Position numbers and translations under genes: made by a program. The notes beneath the pieces were generated by a model. It did no database searches. It was not told the origin of the DNA and worked only from the letters and a program-made list of their open reading frames with translations. This document shows, one piece after another, positions 51,288 through 64,000 of a stretch of DNA of 64,000 bases; position 1 is the first letter of the stretch; each line of letters opens with the position of its first letter. Source of the DNA: Gonapodya sp. JEL0774. Lineage: Eukaryota. The DNA lies in NCBI GenBank assembly GCA_027604505.1, contig JADIIX010000003.1, forward strand, positions 124,001 through 188,000. Direction: 5' to 3'.

Positions 51288-52977
51288 ATGCCCGACGCGG
51301 AACTGTCCCAATGTACGTGCATCCCTCTCAACTCTCACCACCCCAAGAACATCGGTGAGTGTGTATCTGAATTTATCTATAGCTACCTCCCCCATCCGCC
51401 AGTCATTGGACGTCGCTAGCCTGGAACGTTACTGCTCAGCAAACATTCCAGGCTTTGTCGCCCCACTGACGATAAGGCAATTCAACCTCGGTCAATCGAA
51501 TCCGACCTTTCAACTTATCGATAGCCGTGGCGTACAATATGTCATGCGGCGACGGCCACCAGGAACGCTCGTGTCGGTGACAGCCCACCAGGTTGATAGG
51601 GAGTTCAGAGTACTCAAGGCGCTCAAAGATAAAACCGACTTTCCTGTCCCAACACCTATCACATTCTGCGACGATCTGAGTGTCTTGGGAACGTCATTTT
51701 ACATCATGTCGTTTGAGCGTAAGTGATGGTCCGAGGGAGGTGTTGGAAAGTTTGGCCAAGCTGAATCCTTTCGACAAAGGCGGACGAATTTTTTCGGATC
51801 CTGCTCTCCCTGGTATTCCAGCAAGCGAACGAAAGTTGTACTGGAGAGAGGCGACCCGTCTTCTCGCCCGGCTGCACTCTATCGACTATAAAGCGATTGG
51901 CCTCGGAGACTATGGGAAACCATGTGAGCTCTTTTACACTTGTAGGATCACACCATGGTCACCCAACTCAAAATGTCTTTCGCTCTAAAGCGGGATATTA
52001 CTTGCGAAATATCAGAAACTACGCACGACTCGAGCAACAACAGGCATTGGTACAGAACCCCGAAACCGGAGAGCTGGTCGGTCGACTCGAGCGGATCGAG
52101 GAGCAACTCAAGTGGTTCGAAAAGAATCAAATTGAAGACAGAGTGGCTATATTCCACGGAGATTTCAAGTTCGATAACGTTATCTTCCACGAGACGGAAC
52201 CTCGAATCATTGCTGTCCTGGACGTGAGTCCGATCACGATCTCCATTCGGATTGGTGTGAATGACGAAGAGCACGCTTTTTGACCTTGTTCTTCCTTCTT
52301 TGCTCGTTCTTCCTTGTTATACACAGTGGTAAGATTGAAGTGCGATTTTCCCGTTCAGAAGCTGTCATTCAAACACTTCATTGCCTCTTACAGGGAACTG
52401 AGTGTGGGTGCAGATCCTAGTGAACTTCTCTTCCTCCCTAACCCAAGACCCAATCGCAGACAATTGGCCACCCTCTCGCAGACCTCGCACACTTTACACA
52501 AATGTAAGCATATCATAACCGCTGTCAGTGTGCCCTTCTTCCGCTCACCGGCCCACTCACACACACCGCATTAGGTTTTACATGACCTACCCCGACGGTA
52601 TCGTCGGTGCTTCTGCAGATACCGTTGCTGGTCTTCCCACAGTGGAAGAAGTGATCCGCGAGTACGTCGAAACCCTCAACTCCCTTGTGGGACCAGAGTC
52701 CCGGCTTCAAATCCAGTACCCTATCGGAGCGGGATGGAACTTCGCGGTCGCGTTCGGGATGTTCCGGAGGGCGGTCATTGCTCAAGGTGGAGTTTAATGT
52801 GAGGGCTCAGTGATGTCTCACCCACCTAAATCGAATCAAAACCTCTCAGGCATCCACGCGAGGCTATTCAGGAAACAGGCAAATAGCGCATTTGCCGAAC
52901 GGCGAATAAAGATGAAAAAAGTGTACAATGATCTGACACTCGGGTTTATCGAAAGACCCGCCAAGCCCTCTCTGTGA
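51288..52977 (+). CDS. Aminoglycoside-phosphotransferase-like kinase of the ACAD10/ACAD11 N-terminal type (stand-alone)
   Basis: QFNLGQSNPTF, AHQVDREFRVLKAL, GTSFYIM, HGDFKFDNVIF, AVLD|W|ELS|TIGHPLADLA, AVIAQGIHAR. Confidence 0.9.
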
Positions 52978-53220
52978 CGATGATTGTGAGCAATGGATGA
53001 GATGTTGACTGCGATGTGATAATATCTGAATTAGATTGTACGAAGCGGGAGCAAAACCTCTCAAAGGGATTCATATTGATCAAAACCTGCCCTGCCGGCT
53101 TGTGAAGAGGAGCCCGAAAAAAGCACCTTCAATTCCATAACTCACCGTCACGCTGGACTCGCCAAGCTTCGCAACGCAGCGTGCATCTGGTCCGTTTATT
53201 GAAGCTCGCTTGGCGAAGAC

Positions 53221-53290
53221 TGACGTGTAAACCATCCAATTGACACGCAAAATGGCGCACTCTCCACTCGTCGTTTTCTCATAATGACGT
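53221..53290 (+). promoter_or_regulatory. Possible UPR/bZIP elements upstream of ERV29
   Basis: TGACGTG (53221), CCAAT (53236) and a second TGACGT (53285), 100-170 nt before the ATG. Confidence 0.3.
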
Positions 53291-53393
53291 TACAGTCGCG
53301 CACACTGGGCCTTCCATATCCCTGGAGCCTCGATCATTCGCCTATTCCCCCTCGGCGAAGGACCGGCAGCGCTACTCCCCCCTTCCAACTACG

Positions 53394-54524
<1,131 letters not shown>

Positions 54525-54559
54525 AACGATCACTATCACTACACAGTCGCTCATATACC

Positions 54560-55766
54560 TCAGAGCTTGCCGGATTTACCCCCAATGTTTTTTGAATAAG
54601 GAACAGAAAGGCACATTTGCCTTGTTTTTTTTTTTTTTGATTTGCACATCAATTTGGTCACACCGCTGGTTCCAGTCCCCCTACGCACACAATTACTCAC
54701 CTCGCAATACACACCATTGTGCCAGTCTCGTCCCAGAGCTCGCTGTCGCTTTCGAAACGGCCGTTGAGGAGGTATCTTGAATAGGAGCGGCACCGCAGCC
54801 AGTCGCCTTTGGGGCGGGAGCGGAATTGAACGTGGCTGAAAAATGGAATGTCTTGAGGCCTGAGAGGGAACTACTGCAGTGTTGAAGTTGCAGAACCTAC
54901 AAGTCCATGGTTGGATACCAGTAGTCTTGCACATCCACTCCCTCTAGTTTGCTCGGGGGAGGAGGGTAAATGTCTGAAAAAAACGCGCAACTGACAGCAT
55001 CGGGTGCTCTGTCAGTAAACCTCATCCAGCTTCGTGTCATCATCTCTCCAGTCCCACCGGCACCACCGGCGTGTTTATGATCATCAGGGTGGTCTCGCAA
55101 TTCGAGAAAATCATCCATCTTGGTACGCTGCCTGGTGTTGGCAAAGTTGCGCGGGCACTGAGAAGTGTTGGGAAGTGATGGTTCGTGGAGGTTATCAATT
55201 TTGCTGAGACCTCTTTCTTTTGTCAAATCTCCAAGCGTGACCAGCATTTGAATGATGAGTGAGCTGTCTTGTACAATTCTATTTGTGAGTATGGTGATGG
55301 TCTGATTCCATATGTATCTAAGTTTGACATGAAGACCTGTCTCTCACCTTACGCTTACAACGGCGAATCGGCCCCCAAGTCTCAATTTCTCCAAATGAAT
55401 ATCCACATTTTCATCCGCCTTTGAAATATTCAGGAAAACACCCGAAAAAGATCTGAAAGAATTCAGCAGACCTTGAAGAGCTTTAAATGAATGTGCGCCA
55501 ACAGAAAGAACGGCTGACATTGGGTCTGGGAATCTCTCCAGCGACTCCAGCTCCTTTTGCGCAGCGTGCAGGCCTATACAAGCAACGTAGCCGCCATTTG
55601 GGGCTGCGCCGATCAGGAACTCCGGTGAGATTCGGCCCCTGTGAAGCCCCTCGCGGACTTGGGTGGTGAAGATTCCCTTGTCAAACGGGTGAAGGGAAGA
55701 AGATGACATGAATCTCGAGAATGGTTTGATGGTCGTCCGAGAGAGTTGGTTTTTAAGTTGATTCAT
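54560..55766 (-). CDS. Acyl-CoA thioesterase-like double hot-dog protein, C-terminal PTS1-like GKL
   Basis: IGAAPNGGYVA, PDPMSA, LRLGGRFAVV, FFSDIYPP, WYPTMDL.HVQFR, NGRFESDSELWDETGTMVCIARQ; ends KSGKL*. Confidence 0.85.
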
Positions 55767-55880
55767 CTCGGAAGTAATTGAGCCAGAAATCCAGACTATT
55801 ACTGAATGCCCAATAAAAGTTCAACCGTCATTCGAACATATATCTCCCCTCATCCACCCCATCCATTAAAAATTTGCATC

Positions 55881-57195
55881 ATGGGAGACTCCAAGCCCAC
55901 CATCTTCATTCTTGGAGCTACGGGATACGTTGGCACGTTCGTATTCATGTTGTTTCATTGCGGGATGGATATCGGATCACCAACACCTACATCCGATTCT
56001 CATTAGCTCGGTTGGCGTCCATCTTATTGCAAAGGGATACAAAGTCTGGGGTCTCGCTAGGACTGAAGAGAAGGCCAGAGATCTAGAACGGAGGGGGTGT
56101 GAGTATGGTATTGGCATTATTATGACGCGAGAATATCCCAGACGTTGTCCCCCGGACAGTCTACTCCGTACGAGGAACCCTTGATTCCCCCTCTTCTTGG
56201 GCCGATATCGCTGCAACTCAAGATGTTTTTATCGAGTGCTCGCAGAACAACTCGGATCGATCTGGACACGCGAAGTTGGTAGTGGCAGCTATCTCGAAAA
56301 TCACAGAACGCAGAAGGAAAATTCTCGGATCAGATGGCTTGGCGAAGGCAGGAAAACAGACCGTTGTGTACACGAGTGGAACGGGGTGAGTGAATGGGAC
56401 GTGAGATCCGTGTGGAAGAACCTGCGTTTTATTCGCTGGTGCTTGGCACTAAAAGGGTTTACGGAAACGCGCTGAAGCCAGGAGAATTAGGAAACGAGCT
56501 CACTGTCCCCAAGGCAGGCCCTTATGTTGCTTTTCGACCTGCCCGTAAGTTTGAGCATGGACAGACCTTCAACACGTCACAATTAGATGAACCCAACGTT
56601 TGTTTCGTCAACAGTTGAGCAAGACATTCTAAACTCCAAGGACTATGATGGTGTTGTTTTACGTCCTCCACTCATATACGGCCACCAGGGGGCTCTCTCC
56701 TCTGTCTGGTTTTACAAGTTCTCTGAAGCTCGAAAGAACGGGCTGCTTGAGGTAGTGCTCGTCGGCAACAAGGACTACGACTCCCCTGTCTGCCATATTG
56801 ACGACTTGGCGGAAGCTTACGTTCGCGTGGTAGAGCGAAGGAGGCAAGTCAGAGGGGAGCTGTTCAACGTTATCAACCGACATCACGAAAAGTTTGGGCC
56901 TCTCATGGACGCGGTCAAACGCGTCACAGGATATACTGGTGAGTGATTGATGCAGGTCGCAAATGAGATTTCTTCAGCGGACCGAATGAGCTGAGTTGGC
57001 ATTTCAGGAGCAATTATTCTTCGAGCTCCAGAAACACCGGCAGAGGCCCACACATATAACTCTCAGCTCCTAGATCCTTCCAAGGCTGAAAAACTTCTCG
57101 ACTGGAAACAGGAGCACCCGGGGTTTACTGAGAATGTGGAGCGGCATTATCGTAGTTGGCTGGCGTTCGGCGCTGGGCCTGGCTGGAGATTGTAG
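55881..57195 (+). CDS. NAD(P)-dependent epimerase/dehydratase (extended/atypical SDR)
   Basis: IFILGATGYVG, VWGLART, VVYTSGT, VVLRPPLIYG, CHIDDLAEAY, GELFNV. Confidence 0.88.
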
Positions 57196-57399
57196 TTGTT
57201 GATAGAATAAATCGACGCAAGCAAGTTACGAAATGACTAAAATGACTAAGAAGACGAATTCCCTTTTTTGGGGAGAATCGTTTGCGAGTGTGACATTTGA
57301 CCAAAGGACCGTACAGGTGCTGCTGTCGCCTCAACCGAGTCCTTTGATCCACTGACACCAGCCAGTCCTAGAGCGGGCAAGCCGCTATCTCTTCCGGAA

Positions 57400-58918
57400 A
57401 TGCTTCCCACGGTTTTACCTCGCAGACAGGAAGCATGGCAGGCTCCGTTGGTGCGGAAAGGCGTGGCTCTCAGCCATCTTCGAGAACCGGAGTTGCAACA
57501 CCCTCCGGCGTGGGAGGCCAGGGAACTGGACCAACAGGACGTATTTGTGAGATTACCTCCACGACCTGTTCTGGGACGCAACGGGAAGGTTGCACCTGTT
57601 GATCCAAACACCATTCGTTGGGATGGAGCTCCCCAAAAGCCACAACTTTACACCGGTTCGCAGAATGTGTATGCGGATACCAACAATATTCGAAATATTG
57701 CACTACCTGGAGATTACCCCATTCAGCCAGCATCTCCTTCTCCCGAACCCAATTCCCCTGTGTCAAACCCGACAATGCCTCACCTTCTCGATCCACATTC
57801 CAACCTCTATCGGTCAAACTCAACGCCAGCTGTCCCTCTGAGTAGGAGAAAAGGATCACCGGACGTTCAACGACAGATGATGCAGGATCTGCCTACTGCA
57901 GCCCGACGACGGAGTGTGTCATCCATGACTTCAACCCAGTCTGCTCACCGCTTTCTGGTTCGCCGACGGTCTCAGACCACCCAAGTCATGTTTGCTCGCA
58001 CTTTCTACACTCCGCAATCGGAAACAGTGGTCGAGGTGCGGAGCGAAAATGTGGACCGAGTCCGGACCTCCGTGAGTGGCGTAGGAACGTCAGAGTCAGC
58101 CCCAACTCCGGACTCTGCCAACCAAACGGAGACCCCAGCGCCTGCAGCAGCCGTCATGCCCCCTCCCAGACCTGTCATTCTCGGCCACCATCGCCGGCTC
58201 TCCTATGGCTCGCTGGCACGCCGTCCCTCCTCCTTCAATCGTCGCGACTTAGTCAGCACGACCTCTTCATCTCCCGAAACGGTTCAAAAAACACACCAGC
58301 GACGCCGGTCTACTTCTCCACCTCCAGCGTCGGGAAGCGAAAGGGGCAATCGTCCTGACGCAGACCCTGAAGCGGCCCTTCAGGCGCGTCTCCGCAAAGC
58401 CAAACGGATGAAACCGCGTGGAAAGCCCCGCGAGAAGCCTGTAATTCCGGATGATCGGGAGGACTCGTTTCGCGCGGATGTCGATGTCTTTTTCGTGTCA
58501 CGGACTGCACAACCGAAGTGGATCAACGAGGGCAATGATGCATTCCGCAAACTGGCGGTAGATAGGAGATGCCTGCAGGCAGGTAAGAAACACAAACGTT
58601 ATAGTGCTTTTCCCCGGATAGGCGTTTGGGGTGCTGCCGCCTTGTTTCCCATCGATTTCTCACCATGCTCTGTCCCATCGCCCTTCAGGCACCCATAACT
58701 GCGCCATCTATGGATGCTCTGGCGCTGGCTGCCACGCCGGTAGCCCGCCACACATTGAACCGCGCGTTGAGGAGCTGTTGGAGATTGCTGGACGGAATCT
58801 GGAGCGCCACGAGAAGGAGCTGGAGATGCCTTCAAAACGCAAAAGCCAGGCAACCAACATTCGAAGGACCACCAACGTTTGTAAAAAGGGATTCGGGAGC
58901 TCTCCGCGAGGTGGGTAG
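57400..58918 (+). CDS. Hypothetical Ser/Pro/Arg-rich protein with short Cys/His-containing C-terminal segment (2 exons)
   Basis: 432-codon ORF; donor GTAAGA near 58583 and acceptor near 58688 join RRCLQA|GTHNCAIYGCSGAGCH. Confidence 0.6.
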
Positions 58919-59359
58919 ATCAGGCCACATCTGGTCGTTACACTTTGTGCACTCAGCGAGCGTCCTCATTGCCATTCCGCTTTATGAAGGTTCGACGCCG
59001 CTTCGCCTGTCGGTTTCGCATTTGGAAGAATAACGGCGCTGTGTCATTGATTTCTTTTTGATGAAGTTTGGACGTATAGGACTAACGTTTCGGCTGATAC
59101 AGCAGCCTCCGCAACATGCCCTTGTAGTTGAATTCGTACATATTATTAGCAGGATAAGAAATGGTGTGATACATAGTAAAACTTATGGGTAGGGGAACTT
59201 TCAGCAGTGCTACTAAGTTGCGCTCAAAGGGAACACCCCTTATCTGCCTTCTATACGAACGCAGGAGGAATGAAAGGAAACGCACAGTATGTGGCTCCCG
59301 TACGAACGCCCGAGGAATGAACATGGAACTCGCAGAGTTGATGGCACGGTTCACCATGT

Positions 59360-60166
59360 TCAATTGGCAGTTCTTACATAAGTTTCCACAGACTGTACCG
59401 TCTTCACTAAGCCCGCATCAACCGCAAGTTCCAAGGTCACCTCCTCAAAAAAGGCTGAGCGGGACACTTCTTTAAACCCGAGCTTTTCGAAAAGCTTCAA
59501 GGACGGGGTATTGTCGAACTTGATCTTCGCACGGAAAAGTGAGACAGGAAAGTGACCCGTCTCAGTTTCCTCCAACTGAGCTGCATATTCCATCATCATC
59601 CTACACGTAGCTTCCCCAATTCCTTTGCCTCGCGCTTTTGGTTCCGCCACCATAACTTCCAGTTCAGCAGTCCTTGGAGAGTCAATATCCGTAAAGAATA
59701 AATTCACGTCTCCAACCATTCCTCCAGAAAGAGACGTTGAAAGAATTGAATGCAGCGTGAAGGTCAACATTGCAACGCACCACCTCCTCTCCCGTCCTGC
59801 GGCAATCCCTCCAATACTGGATCGAGTACAATGAAGGTAAGCTTGTCATTATCCTCGCGCCACGATCTCTGCATTTGGTACTCCTCGTCCAGCTCAAGTG
59901 GCTCAGATGCAGTAAGGTGTTGAATGACAGGGTCCTTCATCCTGAGTTCTTGTGTTTCTAACCCTTCGTGGTGGAAGCAGGGATACAGTATCAACTTACC
60001 ATTCATGATAAGTGGGAACATGGTGTGCCCTTCACACGTAAAGGAGCCGGGGGATGTATAGTATGTGCAATCATTGTATGATACATCACACTTCCCACTG
60101 AACTCACTCGTATGGCACAAGAACACACTTATCACTTATCAGCATGATGTTTGAGTTGAGCCGCAT
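59360..60166 (-). CDS. NAT9: GNAT N-acetyltransferase 9-like
   Basis: MRLNSN..VLVPY, HVPTYHEWMKDP..LTASEPLELDEEYQMQRSWREDNDKLTFIVL, MVGDVNLF, ELEVMVAEPKARGKGIG. Confidence 0.93.
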
Positions 60167-60281
60167 GGAACAGCGATTGTTGTGCTTGGATGGTGGTTGA
60201 TGGGAATGAAAAATTGACTATTTCCTGGACGACTTCGTTTCGAAACGGCGCTCGACGTTCCCCTTATTCCTCACACTCCAA

Positions 60282-61053
60282 ATGTCGTACTTCCTCCCCC
60301 ATCTGAAATCTGGCTGGCACGTTGACCAGGCCATCCTGAACGAAGAGCAGAGGGTGGTTATCATCAGGTTCGGCCACGATTGGGATCCAACTTGTGAGTG
60401 CTGCGTGAGAGTCCCCTCACCAATTTGGGATGAGACATCAAAAACCGATGCGAGAGCCCCCACATATCTCATGGGTGATGCGTTTGTCACATTTTTTAGG
60501 CATGGTGGTGGACGAAACACTGTACAAGGTTGCAGAGAAGGTTAAGAACTTCGCGGTCATCTACCTGGTGGACATCACCCAGGTACCAGATTTCAACAAA
60601 ATGGTGAGAGAAAAGTAGCTACTTTCTCAATAACAAGGGGCGTGTGCGGAAGCTTCTAATCTGTTGCGCCCCACGCTGCATGAATTCAAACTTTAGTACG
60701 AGCTTTACGATCCTTGCACCCTCATGTTCTTCTTCCGAAATAAGCACATTATGATTGATTTGGGCACTGGAAACAACAACAAAATAAACTGGGCGATGGA
60801 GAATGGTCAGGAGCTGATAGACATTATCGAGGTGAGCTTCTTTTCGAACAGGAGTGAAAGCTCGAAGATTCGTCCAAGTCTGGCGATTTATCATGGAATA
60901 CCGTCGCTGCAATAGATAGCATTGTTTGGGGGAACACGTCATGGAGCAGTGTAACGGGAACCTTGTCCATTGCAGGTCGTCTATCAAGGGGCCAGGAAAG
61001 GGCGAGGTCTCGTCGTGTCTCCGAAGGATTATTCAACAAAGTACAAATATTGA
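60282..61053 (+). CDS. DIB1: U5 snRNP thioredoxin-like protein Dim1/Dib1 (TXNL4A)
   Basis: MSYFLPHLKSGWHVDQAIL, IYLVDITQVPDFNKMYELYDP, FFRNKHIMIDLGTGNNNKINWA, GLVVSPKDYSTKYKY*. Confidence 0.98.
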
Positions 61054-61334
61054 TGAGTGGCGGTGCAGAGTGGAGATGGCAATGTGCAACACGAGAAGGG
61101 GGGAAGGAGCTGGGACATGTTATACTGCTTATATTGTTACTGATTACTTGGGATCATTCCTGCCAACACGATTTGCGCTTTTTGCTGAGTTCTGATGGCG
61201 TGGTGGCAAGTCAATTGTGACATGTAATGTTGGCTCTGTCTTACGTATTGGTTCCCTAATGTGTGATGAGTTCTCCCATCGGCTCCGTGAGTTCCGCTCT
61301 CCGACAACATACCTGAAATTTTATCACTCTCGCG

Positions 61335-62878
61335 ATGACAAAATCCTGGGGTAAGTTCCTGTGATGGCCCATAAAACTCACGCGATGCGTTGCCCGTATT
61401 GAGAGATCAACCGCGCTTCATCTGCAACCCCGCTTCATGTGAACAGACATAGAGAAAGGCGATCTTCCGGCATTCAAGGACTTCCCTCTCGACCCTGCCC
61501 ATCCCCCTCTCGCTGCATGGAGTCTCTGGGGTGAGAAAAGCGCGACAGATTATTGTTTCCTCTCACTTGTTTAACTCATCCGACCTACCGTCGACTCACA
61601 GGTGAAGGTGACCACCTTGGAACTCTCAATCTCCTTACACCATCCAGGGTAAAGGAGGGATCAAAACTCGTTCAATCAGGTGAAGTCTTCCCTCTCAACT
61701 GGGAATTGGAGAAGGTATGCATCTCCGCTAGCAGTGTTTTTCGGACCAGCGTCGGAACCAAATTTGACTTCTTTCGAATCACAGCCCAACCCACCGCTCT
61801 TTCACAGACATGTGCTGAAGCATGAGCAAATTCGAACTGTAGAAAGTCCTGCCGTTTTTGATGACGTGTACAACAACTTCAACACCCAAAGCTCAACCCA
61901 GTGGGATTGTGTCTACCATTTCGCTGGCCACGTCGGGCCTCATGCAGCGGGCCACGCGTTTGAAAATACATTCTATCAGGGACGGAAACCGGAAGGTATT
62001 CTTCCTCATCAACACGGAGAGAAGAAATCGAAACAGTTCCTGATGTCTGTCTGCTCTTAGATGTTCCCAACTTGCCCGGTATTGCCGCTTGGGCTCAGAA
62101 AGGAATCGCTGGGCGCGGAGTTTTGCTGGACTACCGTCGTTGGGCTCTGAAGAACGGGATCGAATATTCTCCGGGAAGCAACCACGAGATCACCCTCGAG
62201 AATCTGAAGAAAGTCGCAGAAGACGAAGGTGTTACCCTCAAAATCGGAGACATCCTGCTCATTCGCTCTGGATGGATCGAGTGGTACGAAAGTCTTTCAG
62301 CGGAGGAGAAAACAGCGTACGCTGCATCTTCAGGTACCGACATACAGATCGTTGGTTTGGAGAACACCATGGAAATGGTACAATGGCTATGGGATTCACA
62401 CTTCGCGGCTGTTGGGGGCGATCAAACGGTAACTTAGATTGAGTCTTTCAGGGATTTCATCACTGGCTTTACGTAATCCTTCCATCCAAACAGGCTCTTG
62501 AGTGCTGTGGTCCCCTTGCCGAAGGAAGCAAGTCCGTTAGGTGGCTTCTTCACTTGCATCTTCTTTCTCAGTGGGGCTCTCCGATCGGCGAGGTAAGACG
62601 CCGGTGGTGCGGAACTACGACTACCGATTGTTCCCTGACATTAGCACTGATTCACCTGCACTGATTCACGTTATAAAAGATGTTTTTCCTCGACAAGCTT
62701 GCGGCAGCTTGCGAAAAGAACAAGAGATGGGAGGTGAGTTGGTCCACTCTTTATGTTTGTTTCTCCTGTCACTATCGGGGATCCAAACACATTCTCGATG
62801 CAGTTCTTCTTCACGTCAGCGCCATTGAACAAGGATCACGGGATTGCGTCGCCGCCGAATGCGTTGGCAATTCTGTAG
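61335..62878 (+). CDS. Cyclase / kynurenine-formamidase-like metal-dependent hydrolase (fungal type)
   Basis: AWSLW|GEGDHLGTLNLLTP, FNTQSSTQWDCVYH, GIAGRGVLLDY, GDILLIRSGW, WGSPIGEMFFLDKLA, FFFTSAPLN..GIASPPNA. Confidence 0.9.
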
Positions 62879-62899
62879 GATAATCCTTTTTGAAGAATT

Positions 62900-64000
62900 G
62901 AATGGAGGAAGAAATCGTCTTTTGTGTCAAACGAACGCATCTAATAATCAATTCATTGGTACCATTCGGTCCTGTTCGGCTTTCAAACATGGCAACCATC
63001 CTTTTGATTTGATAAACATGTTGTTAAAGACTGCTCCAGCGGATCAAATCAAATCAAAGAACGAACAATGACATATGATGACATTACTGGTGGTGCGCTG
63101 TGCCACAGTTCAACTTCATTTTTTCTCCCCTCCCAACAAATTCTTCTCTCGCAATGTTTCGATTCTTCTCTCGCGAGTTGATTGATACAGCCATCAAGCG
63201 TCTTAGAAAGACCTCGAGTGCACTTTTTGAACTGAGAGCCTTCGCTCATCGCGCCACACGCGAAGAATCGCCCACGAAGCGTAACAAACGGGAGGTTGAC
63301 TGAAAGGTCCCTTCATAAAAGCTTTGGGGAAATTCCTCGGACCGCCGGCAGAGAGTGTCGTCGCTAGTGCGAGTCGCCGTGTAGTCCTGCTTGTCGCTGG
63401 TTGGACTCCTCGTTCCACTGAGACGCCCCGCGGGGGTTGAGTGGTGAGCTCCCGGCTGGGTTATCGGCATGCGTTATTTGGCACACTGGCGTTTGTCATA
63501 CCTGACAGTTATGCGATTGCTGGGATGAGGGTGCTGCCCGCAAGGGATTGCGCTTTCGTCCTGGAAACACAACGAGGATTACTCTCGCAGTGGCGCCCCA
63601 TTTGAATTCTGCTCTCTTGGTCTTTCTTCGTGGCGAAAGCCACAAGACGCACCTTTTTTATTAAAAATAAAACCAATGAAATTCAGAAAAACAAACTACA
63701 AAGGTTCAAGGTTTCTTTTGACAATGCAATGCAGCGCATTCATGGCGTCGACGTAGTTCCACCGCTCTGCCCGACAGTTCTACCAGGATTCCCAATTCTT
63801 CCCCTCAAACACTTACTCTCCAAGCCTGCGTCCACCTGATTTCCACTTTTTATACTCTTCATTCAAGAAAACTGAAGCTACAAAGCTCGATAAATGAGCT
63901 CTGGGCTATATGGCACATTCATGTTCGACTCAGCTCAAAACAGTACCAGACAATGTGTTCAAAAACTCACCCCGCGCAAGATATCGTACCCATGGTGAAC
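62900..64000 (-). CDS. Possible 3' part of an unidentified spliced gene
   Basis: Short minus-strand open frames bounded by GT/AG signals; no consistent model or family found. Confidence 0.2.

Noticed and set aside
61258..61320. C/D box snoRNA (GTGATGA...CTGA)
   Set aside because: Only about 55 nt, weak terminal stem, no identifiable rRNA guide; probably chance.

Overview
Gene-dense, intron-rich eukaryotic DNA with short GT-AG introns and about 35 protein-coding genes in 64 kb. It is almost certainly fungal. An ERMES subunit (Mdm34) together with the cobalamin chaperone MMAA/MeaB points to an early-diverging, chytrid-like fungus rather than Dikarya (inference). Genes rebuilt across introns by eye: CK2 beta, enoyl-CoA hydratase, a secreted HGPP-repeat protein, Med9-like, ARF6, O-fucosyltransferase-like, MMAA, a PPR protein, a p24/GOLD protein largely missed by the ORF track, RPC11, a multi-OB-fold Cdc24(S. 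pombe)-like protein, URA5, aquaporin, a 2-oxoglutarate/malate-type carrier, PEP4, a Myb/SANT protein, an SDR, MDM34, a BRCT-less ATP-dependent DNA ligase, PEBP, cyclophilin PPIL3, an ACAD10/11-type phosphotransferase, ERV29/SURF4, a thioesterase, an NAD-dependent epimerase, NAT9, DIB1, a cyclase-family protein and several unknowns. I could not support any rRNA, tRNA, transposase or CRISPR feature. The most notable signals are a predicted 2-nt micro-exon needed to rebuild a conserved kinase motif, a two-hairpin candidate structured RNA in a divergent promoter, a tightly packed co-oriented four-gene run, and the secreted His/Pro-repeat protein. No multi-gene novel system can be established from sequence alone. 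Exon boundaries are manual predictions.
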